A DNA stretch of 64,000 bases from positions 444,106,001 to 444,170,000 of the forward strand of contig NC_067398.1 of assembly GCF_016432865.1 (NCBI RefSeq). Direction: 5' to 3'. This document shows, piece after piece, positions 24,919-38,420 of the stretch. The position numbers and the translations under genes were made by a program. The stretch's first letter is position 1, and each line of letters opens with the position of its first letter. The stretch comes from Antechinus flavipes (Eukaryota). Under the pieces are notes generated by a model that searched no databases, had not been told where the DNA came from, and saw nothing but the letters and a program-made list of their open reading frames with translations.

Positions 24919-26161
24919 AACATCTCAATGAAATCTTAGGTGACATTAACATTTTTTGTTATATAACTCACTTGGATTGAGATTATTTGCCATTCCATTT
25001 TTTAAAAGCATAAAACATTAGCACTTTGGTACCCCTTCACCTGTAGGATCCATATTTGATGCACCCTATAGCTCAGTGTCCACTCAAGATCATAGATCAG
25101 AAGGACCCACTGATATATTTGCTTTTACCACTGAGCCAGAGGATACATTAGTTCAAAACGAAAGTCATTTAAGCAGTAACATAGCAAATAAAATGATAAT
25201 TTAAAATCTTCCCCCAAAGACAGAGATTATATGCTCTCAGGATGGTATTCACTTACCAGGGACTATGGAATGTACATACAAAGAGATTAAAATTCTCTAA
25301 ACCAGTTCTGACCCTGCACAAAATCTATCAATGAATTTTTTGGGAAAAAGGCAAATTTTCTGAACAGAAGATCTCAGTTGTTTCACATATGCCCTGCTTT
25401 TGCTTTGAAGTTAGCATCAGTAAATGATATTTTGCATATTTTGGACCCCTCAAGAGGGATACAGCAATGTTTAGAAAGAGTAATCTTTGAAGTACTCCAC
25501 AGAATTAGAAATAAAATAACATCAGTCAACACAGGCTTTAACAAAGATCAAGTCATCAATTGTAGCAACTTCAGGAATCTTTATTTTCCGTACTTTAAAG
25601 CTGCCTTGTAACTACTAATGTATACCATTCCAATGACTATGTTTCCATAGCAGCAATTGTGAAGTTGAAGATCCATTTGAAGTCTTGAAAAGATCCTCTG
25701 AGAGCAACACTACTCCCTACAGGTGCATCTTGAGAATACTCAGCATGTTCTGTATTAAAGAATGTTTGGTTAGTGTATTAATTAAAACTCATGTATAAAG
25801 GATAAGCTTATCTAATTAGGTTAACTGTATTCTAAATTCAAGATTTCACCTGGGATGCACTCAAAGCTCTTTAATTCCCAAGCACCCTTTTTTGTTTATT
25901 CAGGTGCACAGTCAAAAGAACAAAATGTGTGATGATCATATTTGTATCGCTATTGAGAAAGACATCCAAGTTTGCTTAGTCTAGCTTCATTCTTGGACAA
26001 AAGGCGTATGTTTTAGTTTCTGTAAATATCATTCTATGAAAGTTAACCAACTCTATTTTCTTCAAAGTGACCAAGAGACTGTTAGTTCCTAGAGGGAATG
26101 CTTTTTTTTTTTTTTTTTTTTGTAAACTTTGTGCCTACCACTAGAGTTTAGCTCAATATAC

Positions 26162-26166
<5 letters not shown>

Positions 26167-26204
<38 letters not shown>
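26167..26204. repeat. (CA)n microsatellite
   Basis: Direct reading. Confidence 0.97.
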
Positions 26205-26205
<1 letters not shown>

Positions 26206-26781
26206 TCACACAAGCATATGTGTTTGCATTGAAAGATGGTTAGTCATTCATTGACCCAAGTCATCAGGTATCAAATAGAGCTCCACACTGGCAATCCCAA
26301 TTGATTATCCTGGGAAGGAGGTTTTTGGAGAACTTTAGGTTTTCAGAATCTCTGGGGAAATTGTTAAGGGAGAACAAATGGATTAGGTTCAATGATGATT
26401 GGGGGTAGGGAAAGGTAATTCTGCTTTTGGAGAAAAACATAAATGGAAAGAAGTCTAGGAGAGGTTGGAAATTTAATAATTAAATCAATAACTGGAAAAT
26501 AAATCTTACAAAAAGCTAAAGGAGTTGAAATAACTTATTTTCCTAAATTTTGCCTTGAGTTTTTTGGATCTTGCCTTTTTCTCTTTCACATATGTATGCC
26601 ATATTTACTTGTATTGCTGGTTTTTCATTCCTGTTAGAGAGTAAGCTATTTGAAATCAGAAACTGCATCTTTCACCTTTATAAAATCAACATCAAAACCA
26701 AGAATAAACTGTATTTATTCATTCAAATTGAATTTAAATGAGAATTTTTATTCCAGATTGTTTCTGAAGGAAAGGAATAAT

Positions 26782-26936
26782 TTTTTCTTTAATTTCCTTC
26801 CTTCCTTTTTTTTCCCTTCCCCCTTCTCCTTTCTCCCTACTTCTTCCCTTTTATCTCCTTTCCCCCCTCCATTTTCTCCCTTCCTCTTCTCCTCCTCCTC
26901 TTCCTCGTCCTCTTCCTCCTCCTCCTCTTCCTCTTC

Positions 26937-26969
<33 letters not shown>
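26782..26969. repeat. Polypyrimidine tract with (TCC/TCT)n
   Basis: Direct reading. Confidence 0.95.
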
Positions 26970-28526
26970 TTTTTTTTTAAAATTTTATTTTATTTAATAA
27001 TAACTTTGTATTGACAGAATCCATGCCAGGGTAATTTTTTACAACATTATCCCTTGCACTCGCTTATGTTTCGTTTTTTCCCCTCCCTCCCTCCACCCCC
27101 CCCCCCAAGATGGCAAGAAGTCCTATATATGTTAAATATGTTGCAGTATATCCTAGATTTAATACATATTTGCAGAACCAAACAGTTCTCCTGTTGCACA
27201 GGGAGAATTGGATTCAGAAGATAAAAATAACTCGGGAAGAAAATCAAAAATGCAAATAGTTCACATTCATTTCCCAGTGTTCCTTCTTTGGGTGTAGCTG
27301 TTTCTGTCCATCATTTATCCATTGAAACTCAGTTAGGTCTCTTTGTCATAGAAATCCACTTCCATCAGAATACATCCTCATACAATATCGTTGTCGAAGT
27401 ATATAATGATCTCCTGGTTCTGCTCATCTCACTTAGCATCAGTCCATGTAAGTCTCTCCAAGCCTCTCTGTATTCATCCTGTTGGTCATTTCTTACAGAA
27501 CAATAATATTCCATAACATTCATATACCACAATTTACCCAGCCATTCTCCAATTGATGGGCATCCATTCATTTTCCAGTTTCTAGCCACTACAAATAGGG
27601 CTGCTACAAACATTTTGGCACATACAGGTCCCTTTCCCTTCTTTAGTATTTCTTTGGGATATAAGCCCAATAGAAACACTGCTGGATCAAAGGGTATGCA
27701 CAGTTTGATAACTTTTTGGGCATAATTCCAGATCGTTCTCCAGAATGGTTGGATTCGTTCACAACTCCACCAACAATGCAACAGTGTCCCCGTTTTCCCG
27801 CATCCCCTCTAACATTCACCATTATTTTTTCCTGTCATCTTAGCCAATCTGACAGGTGTGTAGTGATATCTCAGAGTTGTCTTAATTTGCATTTCTCTGA
27901 TCAATAGTGATTTGGAACACTCTTTCATGTGAGTGGTAATAGTTTCAATTTCATCATCTGAAAATTGTCTGTTCATATCCTTTGACCATTTATCAATTGG
28001 AGAATGGCTTGATTTTTTATAAATTTGAGTCAGTTCTCTATATATTTTGGAAATGAGGCCTTTATCAGAACCTTTAATTGTAAAGATGTTTTCCCAGTTT
28101 GTTGCTTCCCTACTAATCTTGTTTGTATTCGTTCTGTTTGTACAAATGCTTTTTAATTTGATATAATCAAAATTTTCTATTTTGTGATCAGTAATGGTCT
28201 CTAGTTCATCTTTGGTCACAAATTTCTTTCTCCTCCACAAGTCTGAGAGATAAACTATCCTATGTTCCTCTAATTTATTTATAATCTCGTTCTTTATGCC
28301 TAGATCATGGACCCATTTTGATCTTATCTTGGTATATGGTGTTAAGTGTGGGTCCTTGCCTAATTTCTGCCATACTAATTTCCAGTTATCCTAGCAGTTT
28401 TTATCAAATAATGAAATCTTATCCCAAAAGTTAGAATCTTTGGGTTTGTCAAACACTAGATTGCTATAGTTGACTATTCTGTCTTGTGAACCTAACCTTT
28501 TCCACTGATCAACTAATCTATTTCTT
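26970..28526 (-). mobile_element. Young 5'-truncated L1 (about 1.55 kb), same family as 4706-5967
   Basis: ORFs 27809-28240 and 27365-27781 are ORF2 C-terminal pieces split by a TGG>TAG stop, followed by 3' UTR and tail. Confidence 0.95.
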
Positions 28527-28760
28527 AGCCAATACCATCCTCCTCCTTCTCCTCCTCCTCCTCTTCCTCCTCCTCCTCCTTCCTCTTCTTTTTCTTCTCC
28601 TTTTTCCTCTTCTTTTTCTTCTTTTCTTCTTCTTTTGTTCTTTTCTCCTTTTTTGTTCTTTCTCCTTTTTTGTTCTTTCTCCTTTTTTGTTCTTTCTTCT
28701 CTTTGTCTTCCTTGTCATTCTTGTTCTCATTCTCCTTTCTTTTTCTCCTTCCTTCTCCTG
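28527..28760. repeat. Polypyrimidine tract with (TCC)n and a 17-bp unit ccttttttgttctttct about 3 times
   Basis: Direct reading. Confidence 0.93.
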
Positions 28761-29114
28761 ACACACAGTAGAAACTTAAATGCTAGTTGACTAACTTCCT
28801 ATTGATTAATCTTCGAAGGACAGAGACTATGGCTCTCAGAATATATCTGTAATTTCTGAGACCAAAATTCAGTAAAATTTAGTATGCCTGTAATCTCTTC
28901 CATGGGATAGTTGAGTTTGGTAATTTTCTTCAATTTAGAAATTTTGAGGAGGTCATAACCTATTGATGGCCATACTAAGTTTGGCACCAATATAGTAAAA
29001 CTCCAAGAACAGTAAACCAATGGGTTTCTTAAAGGGAAGCAAATGATTTAGGTTGGAAATGAAGTCAAACTTCCCATGTTGAGGGATAGAATTTGAGTGA
29101 GATAGAGTAGCCAA

Positions 29115-30010
29115 ACTTTTAGTCTGTCATTTTGTCAATCAACATTTTACTAAGCACTTACCACAGAACAAATAAATGTTCTAAGGACTAGGATAAAAAG
29201 AAATTTAAAAGCAAGTTCTTGTCCTCAAGGAGTTCACAATCTAATAAGAGGAGATAAACAACTATGTTGTAAAAATAAAATAGTTGAAAACAACTATTTC
29301 AAACAAGCAACATATGTGTTAAATTGAGCAAAATGTCAGAGAGAAAATAACTAAGATTAAGGAGAAGTGGGAAATAACTTTTTTTCAGGTAGTAATCTTT
29401 TATCTGGGACTGCGAGCAAGACAGAGAAGGCAAGAGGCAGAGATAAGAAGGGAGAAAATTCTAGGGATGGAGGAAAGACAATGAATATTTACAGAGTTGG
29501 AAAATGAGTTGTTTTCCTGTTTGGGGAGCAGTAAAGAGGCCAGTGTCACTGGATAGCAAAGTATGGTGAGGAGAGGGGGTATAGTGTAAGAGAAATGGAT
29601 AAATCCAGGGACAGGTTTTGAAGGGCTTTGAATTTTAAATGAAAAATTTCACATTTGATACTAGGTATGATAGGGAACTAGTGGAGTTTATTAAGTGGAA
29701 GGTAACCTTGTCAGATCTTCATTTTAAGAAGATCACTTTGGCAGTCAAATTGTATATAGTCTATAGTTAGAAGAGATTTGTGTTAGGAAGATAAACCAAG
29801 ATGGTACCATTATGTTCTAGGTATAGGGAAATGAGATCCTGAACCAAAGTCCTGACAGTGTCAGAGGAGAGAAGAGCACATGCAAGAAAAATATTATGAG
29901 TGTAAAATCAAAAGGCCTTGGCAAGAGAGTGAATGTAGGGGATGAGAGAGAATGAGAATCTAACAAAGACATTTATGTTGTGAGCCTGGGTTACTGAGTG
30001 GATAGTAGGG
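29115..30010 (-). mobile_element. L2 LINE
   Basis: tcaatcaacattttactaagcacttac...gtcctcaaggagttcacaatctaataagagg and gaggccagtgtcactgga motifs. Confidence 0.72.
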
Positions 30011-30014
30011 AAGA

Positions 30015-30185
30015 AGTGAGAGAAAGAGGGAGGAAAGAAGGAAGAAAGGAAGGAGAAAAGAGAAGGGGAAGGGAGGAAAGATAGTAAAAAAGGAAGATAA
30101 ATAGAAAAGAAAGAAATATGAAAGAAAAAGAGAAAAAGGGCAATTAAAAAAGTATTTAAAATAGAAAACAAAGAGGAAAAATTCA
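30015..30185. repeat. Purine-rich (GA) low-complexity tract
   Basis: Direct reading. Confidence 0.85.
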
Positions 30186-30289
30186 TTTGAAGAGGCATAG
30201 AGGAATTGCAATTTTTCTCAAGATGTGGGATTGTGGAAAAGGATAGGAAGAAGGAACACTAAACTTTTAGAACTATAATAGATTTGAAA

Positions 30290-30405
30290 GGCAGCTAGGT
30301 AATTTGATGAATAGGTAGAAGGATCTGGACTCATGAAGATCTGAGTTCCAATCTCATTCATTTAACCTTTGATTGCCCCTGGAGAAGGAAATGGAAAACC
30401 ACTCA
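30290..30405 (+). mobile_element. Internally deleted MAR1-type SINE
   Basis: ggcagctaggt head joined to ggagaaggaaatggaaaaccactc tail. Confidence 0.55.
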
Positions 30406-30794
30406 ATCCCATATCTTTAAAATTTAGTAAACTTTTAGTGTTTTTTCATTACCTAATGAATAAAGTATTAACTCCTTATGCTGGCATTCAAAGCCTTCAA
30501 CTATTTGTATCCAACTTCATGTCACTCTACTCTCCCTCAAATGTTGTCTATCCCAGCAAAATCTAAGTCACTATATGCTCTAACTCTCCTTCCTGCTCCT
30601 GTCTTCATGGATTTCTTTCAGATCTCTTTGAAAGAAGAAATCAGCTCAATGTTTCTGTCCTTGAATTTGCCGACCCATGAGATAATTTTAATTTTAAATT
30701 TTTTGGTAGCCCTACATCAATCCCCCATCTCCTTCTCATCTTTTCCATACATAAATTGGGAGTTGGGTGGGGAATAAAAATAAAACCCTTGCAG

Positions 30795-31525
30795 TAAATA
30801 TAGGATTCAAAGGACTGTGAAATTGTGCATACCCTTTGATCTAACAGTGCCACTATTAGGTTTGTATTCCAAAAAGATCATAAAATAAGGGAAAGGACCT
30901 ACATGTGCAAAAATGTTTGTAGTAGTTACTTTTGTGGAAATTGAGTGGATGCCCATCAATTGGGGAATAGGTGATTAAATTATGATATGTAAATGTAATG
31001 GAATTCGATTGTTTTATAAGAAATGATGAGCAAGCTGATTTCAGAAAGGCCTGGAAAGACTTTACATGACCTGCTGCTGAGTGAAGGGAGCAGAATCAGG
31101 AGAACATTGTACACACTAATAGCAAGATTATGTGATGATCAACTATGAGAGAAAGCTCTTCTTAGCAATATGGTAATCCAAGATAATTCCAGTGGACTTA
31201 GTTAGAAAATGTTAAACCTATCCAGAGAGAGAACTATGGAGACTGAATATACATCAGAAAATACTATTTTCACTATTTTGTGTGTATTTGCATTTTTTCC
31301 CATGGTTTTTCTTTTTTTCTTTTGATTTTTCTTCCACAACATGACTATTATGGAAATATGTTTAAAATAACTCTATACGTATATGTATATCAGATTGCCT
31401 GCTGTTTTTGGGGGGAGTAAGGGAGAGGGAGAAAAATTGGAAGTCAAAATCTTACAAAATTAATATTGAAAACTATCTTTAAATTTAGAAAAAATACTAT
31501 TGAAATAAAAAATGCATAACCAATA
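30795..31525 (+). mobile_element. L1 ORF2 end plus 3' UTR
   Basis: aaattgtgcataccctttgatctaacagtgccactattagg...gatgcccatcaattggggaat to an A-rich tail. Confidence 0.82.
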
Positions 31526-32569
31526 AAAAATTCATAATCAATCAAAAGAAATGTCCACATTGATTTTGTCCAAAAATTGTGACTTCTTTTGTATCTTAAG
31601 TACAAATAAATATAACCTTGGTTTCAGGAAATGGACAACATGCTTTAACATGTATCTCCTAGAGCCATGATTGTTACTTCAATGATTACAAGTCTAAGAA
31701 TTTCAAATTTGCTTTGCCACTATTCTCCTTTTTAAACTCAGAGTTTTCACATGAAAGATGTATGCTACCAATATCAGAAATGGGTTGTTTAAATGAGGTT
31801 CATGGATATACACGGGAGGACATCTTTGGAATCCTGACCAAATGTCACCAAGTCAGACTATATTTTCCATCTTGAAGAAAACAGGAAAAGATCCTTGAGG
31901 CTGACCATCATTTTTATCTCTGATTAAGAAATACTATACTGGAATTAAATTCACCTATTCTGGTCTAGGGGCATGATGTTTAACGTTCAAGCCATTTTAT
32001 TGTTAACTGTTTTTAATGGAAGGGGAAGATAACCCAACATTACAAACAAGTTTAACTTTGTCCCATAAATGCTATTTATGTAAAAGACCACATGCAGTGA
32101 ATAACCTTTTATCCTAGCTGGTAGCAAACATATATTGAAGGTTTTTTTTTTTTTTTGTGGGGGGGCTTTGGATATATTATAAAATAAAAAGAGTAAGTGA
32201 GCTTTTTAAATGGGAGTGATCTGGCATCTCAGTCAATCAAGAAAGGTCCTAATCTCACCCAAGAGGATAGTCTTCAGAATCTTTAGGGAGGTTCCTTGGA
32301 AATTAAAGTTTGTTCAGTATTTATGTAAAATGTTCTGTGTATGCATGACTAAAAGAAGGACCCACGTGGAATACACTAGGGACCTGCTTCTGAGAGAAAA
32401 CAACCAGAATGAATTGTTTTGTGTATGAGTGTATGCGTGTATGAGTGTATGAGAGTAATATATGAGTAACAACTCATCCTAGTATAAAAGTGGGAGCATT
32501 CTCTTCCCATTGGTTATGTGACCAGAATTGGGTTTTTTGTCTTTAAAAGGATTGCTTCAGACTGCTACA

Positions 32570-33050
32570 CACTAGCATTTTTTTTCTTTCTGGAAGAATG
32601 TGTATATAGGACAGTTTCTCTGAGGATATGATATTTTATTTTGTTTATATACCACACTCTGTTTAGACATTCCCCGGATGTATGGGTACCTCCTTAGTTT
32701 TGAGTTCTTTATGATAACTAAAAAAGTTGCTATGTTATTTTGCACATATAGATCCTTTCCCTCTTCTTTGATCTCCATCAGATTTGGACCTAATAATGAA
32801 GTTTTTCAGTCAAAAAACATGCACAACTTAGTGACCTTTTGAGCATAATTCCAAATTGCTTCCCAGAATGTCTAGACTAATTTACAGCTTTGCAAGAATT
32901 CATCAGAGTGCTCTTTTTTTTTACATAGAGCCCCCAACAATTGTCATTTTTTTCTTTTTTCTTTTTCTTTTGATCAGTCATTTTTATCAGTCTGATGGAG
33001 ATGAGATGGAAACTCAGTTGCTCTAATGTATATTTTAATAAGTTTTTAAA
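32570..33050 (-). mobile_element. Old L1 ORF2 end fragment
   Basis: gagcataattccaaattgcttcccagaatg; gagatggaaactcagttgctctaatg. Confidence 0.7.
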
Positions 33051-33271
33051 TTATATTTTAAAATATGCTAATCCATAAAGTTTTTGGAATTAAAGTATTT
33101 TCTTTCTAAACTAAGCTTTTTCAGTCTACCTCATTGCTTCTTGCTATCTTTAGAATACCAACAAAGCAGGAGCTTATGAACAAACTTGTCTTCTTAATTT
33201 CATTAAATAAGAATCTGTAATCTGAGATGTGCTATCATTAGAGTTGATTCAGAATGTGATAAAATATATAT

Positions 33272-33658
33272 ATTTTTTAATAGCCTTTTATTTTCAAAAT
33301 ACATGCAAAGATATTTTTCAATATTAACCCTTGCAAAACTTTGTGTTCCAAATTTTTCTCCCTTCCTTTCCCCTCCCTTTCCTCTAGACAGCAAGTAATC
33401 CATTATATTTTAGTCATGTACAATTCTCCTATAGATATTTCTACATTTATCATGCTGCAAAGAAAAATCAGATCAAAAAGGGAAAATAAAGAAAAAAGCA
33501 AACAACAACAAAAATGGTGAAAATACTATGTTGTGATTCACATTTGGGCCCCATAGTCCTCTTTCTAGATGTAAATGGCTTTCTTCTTCACAAGTCTAAT
33601 GGAATTGGACTGAATTACCTCATTGTTGAAAAAAGTCATGTCCATCAGCGTTGATCAA
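33272..33658 (-). mobile_element. L1 3' UTR fragment with TSD
   Basis: aatagccttttattttcaaaatacatgc 3' end. TSD gtgataaaatat at 33256-33267 and 33659-33670. Confidence 0.86.
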
Positions 33659-34049
33659 GTGATAAAATATTTTTAACACATCTGATTGCAAAGATTTGCT
33701 ATGAAACTTGGAAGAAAGTCTTACAAATAAGAGTACTACAATAATCACTAACACCATGCTTTCAACTGTTATTCCTTTAAATATGTTTGTAACAAGTTAA
33801 TAGAAACCTTGTGAAGGTTGCCAGAATGGCAGTAAAAGATCAGCTGCTCTATTCTTAGTATTTCTGGTGTCCCATTTCTATTAGTAGTACTATGTGTATC
33901 TTCTTGATTGCTGGCCCCCTTTAGCTTTCTGGTCTTAACAATTTGTGCTGCTTAAATTCAACTTTTAAATACAGTTTGGCCCTTGACTCTATGACCTATC
34001 TTTTTCCTTGTTATTTAGAATTTGGATCCTGGGAAGTGTTATTTTGGAG

Positions 34050-34250
34050 TCAGGCTTGAACTAACTCTAAAAACCAATTGTTAAATTTTGGGTGTGAACA
34101 TTTGCATCTTGGAATTGACAAATGCTTCAAATTAGGGCTGATTTTTTGCTTTATTAATTGTTTCGACTTAAGAAAGTAATGAAGTAAATGTTAGTAATGC
34201 AAATTAAACTTAAATTTTTTTGTGAGCTAGTTGTTAAATATCTACCAGAG
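34050..34250 (+). mobile_element. hAT (MER63/Blackjack-like) MITE
   Basis: aaccaattgttaaattt...gtgagctagttgttaaatatctaccag. Related to 10140-10372. Confidence 0.5.
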
Positions 34251-34289
34251 CAGAACTGGCCTTTGGCCAGCATTGTTAACTGACCTACT

Positions 34290-34750
34290 CATCCTGTTCT
34301 GTCTTTTTACATTTTAGGAATAACTGATCTTTTAGCTTTCTCCATTGGGATCAAATCCTTACATCAAACTTAGTTCCAGTTACTGAATCTTATTTTTGGT
34401 ATTTCATATCTTTCCCTGTTTTTCATTTCAATTCTTCAAAGATCATGGCTCAATCTACTTTCTTTCTATAGAATTTTCAAGGGACAAGAGTTCTGTACCT
34501 AAGCATCAATAGCCATGACTGTTGACACTATTAGATGTATTGTTGGGATCTCCCTTATCAGATACTTACTGCAGTATGTCTTTATGATATCTCAATTTTT
34601 CCTCTTTCCCTCAACTGAATCATCATTCTACTAAGTCAATCCTATCACGATTCTTCAAGTCTCTGAACTAGAAAATATGTGAGTTGTGGTTGAATCTTTC
34701 TTCTCCTTCATCCTCTATAACTATCTTTCAGTGTTAAATAGTGTCTAATT
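34290..34750 (+). mobile_element. L2 fragment
   Basis: ctagaaaatatgtgagttgtggttgaatctttcttctccttcatcc, L2 ORF2-like. Confidence 0.5.
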
Positions 34751-35599
34751 CTGAGCTCTCTCTTAGACCATTTTACAGGATCATAGGTTTAGAGGTATAG
34801 AATTAGAAGAAATTTTAGAGGACATCTATTGTAGAGATTTCTTCATTTTATAAGGGAGGAAACCTAATAAGATACTTGAATGTCTAGATACCTGAAAGAC
34901 CTTAGAAGAGCTCTGTGCACTTGGCATCTAATCAGTCAGAAACAGATGAAATGATTATTCTTATTTGTTACTTGTTTATGACCAGTAATGATCTCTGTTT
35001 ATAATTATATTTTGTTATTATAACCTATTTCCCTTTGTCCATGAAAACAGAGTAGTAGTCTGCTACTTAGAAAACTTTTTAAGAGTGTTCTTCCTGTCTA
35101 TAAAGGAGACAGATGGGTTAAAAATAATTACATAAATGTTGAAAAAGCATTTAGGTCTAAAGATAGATTTTTACAGAATCCCCTTATTTAAATGACCCAA
35201 TTAATCCCTAAAACTCACATTTATTAAGTGGTGAATAGTTCAGCCATGGTATTGGATGCTGATATTATAATTGCAAAATTGAAATGGTTTCTACTGTCCA
35301 CATTGTTTGCATTCCATCAGGGAGTGGGAAAAAAGTACATATATAGGTATATACAAAATATATATAAGGTAATGAGGGCAACACTAGCTATTGAGGGTAC
35401 TGGGAAAAGCTTCATGATTTCATAGATAGAAAGTGCTTCTGTTTCTGTCTATAGTTAATTCAAAGTACTCCACAGAAAATATCAAATAAATATGTATTTT
35501 TTCTTATTTCAGCTTTCATGAACCATTAGTCAATACTTCTAGAGTTTCAAATTAGAACCAAAACTCAATATTTAAATGTCATTTCATTCTTCAGTAGAT

Positions 35600-36400
35600 A
35601 AGTAATCAGAAGATATGAACAAATATTTCTTGAAAGAATTGCAAACTACCAAAAATATGTAAGAGAATGGTTTGAATTTTTAATAATTAGAGAAATTATA
35701 ATCAAAAGAGCCTGAGATTTGATCTCACAGCCAGAAAATTGTGAAAGATGAAAATAATGTTGGAAGGATTGTAGAAAAGTAATTTATAGTCATCTTAGAA
35801 AACAGTATGGAATTGGGCTAAAAAAGGTCCATTGTCTTGGACCGAGAGGTTCTACTATTAAGATATACTCTAAGGAGGTCAATGACAATTAACATCAAAA
35901 TATTTATAGTAGAACATTTTGTCACAACAGAGAACTACAAATGCTTTTATATATACTTGTGTTATAAGAAACAGTGATCGTGATAAATATACAAAACATG
36001 GGAAGTTACATGAAATAATGTAGTGAAGCAAGCAGATGTAATATTCCAATGTACACAATAATTAGAAAAATGTAAATTGAAAAAATAACAACCATAATAC
36101 AGTAAAAATGGAAATTATAAAGAACATGCATGGTCTTAAAGAAGAGACATGAAAAGATACTTTGTTCTGATGCTTTGTAGAAACGGGGGATGATAGGATG
36201 AGATATAGGCAGATATATACTGAATATAACGGAAGATTTGGTTAGCAGAATTGGATGTTGATCAGTTTTACAAAACATATCTTTTTTTAAGGATTATTGT
36301 TATTATAAGGGATGGAAAAGGGAAGGAGAAGGGAAAATACACTGAGAAATATAGATGATGTAAAAACAAATAGATACCAATAAAATTTATTTAAAAAAAA
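35600..36400 (+). mobile_element. Old L1 ORF2 end plus 3' UTR
   Basis: gaagatatgaacaaatatttc...ttagagaaattataatcaaaagagcctgagatt... to an A-rich tail. Confidence 0.62.
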
Positions 36401-37246
36401 AGTTATTCTAGAAGAAGGATTCTCTCAAATAGCCCCTCTCCTCCTTTTTACAAGCCAACCTAGAATTCTGAATGTGTTAAGTAAGGAAACACTCAGAATC
36501 ACTTGAGAGTGTGGTTTGAACATTAAACTGTGGTTTCATGACTCCTTATGGGCTTTAGGCCTATGCTTTGGGAGCCAATCCCCTCACAATAGCTGTTTGC
36601 TGAGTACAGAGTCCAATTTAAGGCTAAGAACTTTCTTTCTTTGAGATCCTTAATGGGAAGGGATCTTTATTTCTTTGCTACTGACCAGCCACTTCACTTG
36701 GATAGTAAGCTTCAAGCATTGCCTGGATATAATTGGAAAAAGGAAGGCATTTAAAATATCATTTCCTAAGACAGTCCTTATATGTAGTAGAGAAGAAAGA
36801 GAGAAAGAGACTGAAGAGTCTTATCTACAAATAGAATTAAAATATTCTAAGATAACCCTTAGAATCTAATGTTAATTCTAATTTAATAATTTATACAACA
36901 CATATGAACAGATCTGATTGCTTTATGACATAAAATATGTGAATTATCCATATGATTCTTTGATGAATAGGACAGCTATTTATTTGGTAAAAAAAAAAAA
37001 AAAACAAAAACAAAAACATAAAATGCAATTACTTCAGTTGAAAAATTTGAGATGATATATTCCAACCTTTTCCCCCTATATGACCTTTTGTCTTTTCTTC
37101 CTAAGTCATTCTTTTCATAACTCCTTTCTTAAAACTCCAGTTCTTAAAAAAAAAAAAAAAAAAGGACTATACAAATTGTAGGCCATTATTTTGAGGTGTT
37201 TTGATGGCTAGCAGGAGCTAATTGTGTCTTCTTTTATAGTTTAGAG

Positions 37247-37434
37247 CCTAGTTCATATTAATTGTGATTCATGACTCCATATAGGATCTTTTACTGAATA
37301 TGGGGGTTGCAACATTATGATTTATTATCAGCAAATGATTTGTATACATATGTTATATGCTTATATACTTGGGATCACGTAAAAATTTCCCCAGTGATAA
37401 AGGGTCACAAGTCAAAAAAGTTTAAAAAGCCCTG
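37247..37434 (-). mobile_element. Charlie-type hAT MITE with 8-bp TSD
   Basis: Right end aagtttaaaaagccctg. TSD gtttagag (37239-37246) / gtttagaa (37435-37442), close to the nTCTAGAn target preference. Confidence 0.65.
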
Positions 37435-38039
37435 GTTTAGAAATGTGAAGATATGTAGAAGTTTTTAGCGAAATGGGTAGTGGGCAATAAAGAAATTAAT
37501 GTGTCTGTAGTATAGTTAAAAATACTAGAAAAGCCAGAAAGGAGGATGTCATCCTGTGCTCAGAGACTGTGTTCGACCATCACTTATTCTCCAGGATATT
37601 AGAAAAACCTGTGATATCTCTCTGGTAGAAGTATGCACATGCTGTAGTATGTATTTGACTAGGAGTTTTGCAGCTATGGTTGTTATTGTTATATTATTAT
37701 TTAATGGAATATGAGGGAATAGGATCATAAAGGATCTAAAAAGACATAATAAAGAGAGATTATAGAAGGAGAACCTAGTAGGCACTCAATAAGCATCTAC
37801 TGAGTGAATGAATCAAAAGAAAGGGCACAAGCAAAAAGAGAAGAGGGGAGATATACAGAGAAAGCAGACAAGGAAGGTTTCATGTCACTAAATATTCTTT
37901 GTGAACATTCTTTCCACTTTTTCTTCCTATTTTGAAATTTCTAAGATTAACAAATTTTCTCTAACTTATGTTGACAAAATATTTTATGAATATGGCCATT
38001 CATTCTTTTGGATTTAGATAACCAACAACCAACAACATA

Positions 38040-38420
38040 ATAAACGAAGCCCTGATTTTCAGTGTGTGCTTGTTTCTGAAATATAAAAATTCAGACTGAA
38101 AATTTAGCAATAAGCTAGTTTGAGCTTTCTCCAGTACATTTCAGGTTTCACTCTACATATACAATCATTTGATTATTTTTCATCTACTAGATTCTGAGGG
38201 CTCTCAACTAGACTTGTCTTTCCAAGTAGACATCAACATATTGATGCCTATTAGGTACAGTTATTCAACCAGTTCCAAATTCATCAAACTGTACCATGAT
38301 CTAGTTGTTTTGTTGTTTCATCTTGTTCCTAAGAGTAATCTGAAAGACACTGCTAAATGATTCCCTGAAATCTAGATAATTGCTTTTGTATCTCTAGCAC
38401 CCTTCTTAATTATCCTATTT
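38040..38420 (+). mobile_element. L2 fragment
   Basis: ctctcaactagacttgtctttccaagtagacatcaacata...aaattcatcaaactg. Confidence 0.5.

Noticed and set aside
25378-25760. Protein-like short frames on both strands
   Set aside because: Bounded by stops, with no coherent splice pair or recognisable homology
26650-26997. 115-aa ORF with poly-Ser
   Set aside because: Translation of the (TCC/TCT)n pyrimidine tract
28486-28766. Three overlapping ORFs rich in Leu/Phe or Lys/Arg/Glu
   Set aside because: Low-complexity pyrimidine tract read in several frames
29908-30211. Phe/Ser-rich - strand ORFs
   Set aside because: Antisense reading of a purine tract and L2
31790-31880. Strong - strand acceptor ttttcctgttttcttcaag|ATGG
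   Set aside because: Stops in all frames within about 27 nt and no good donor. It shows that acceptor-like tracts arise by chance here.
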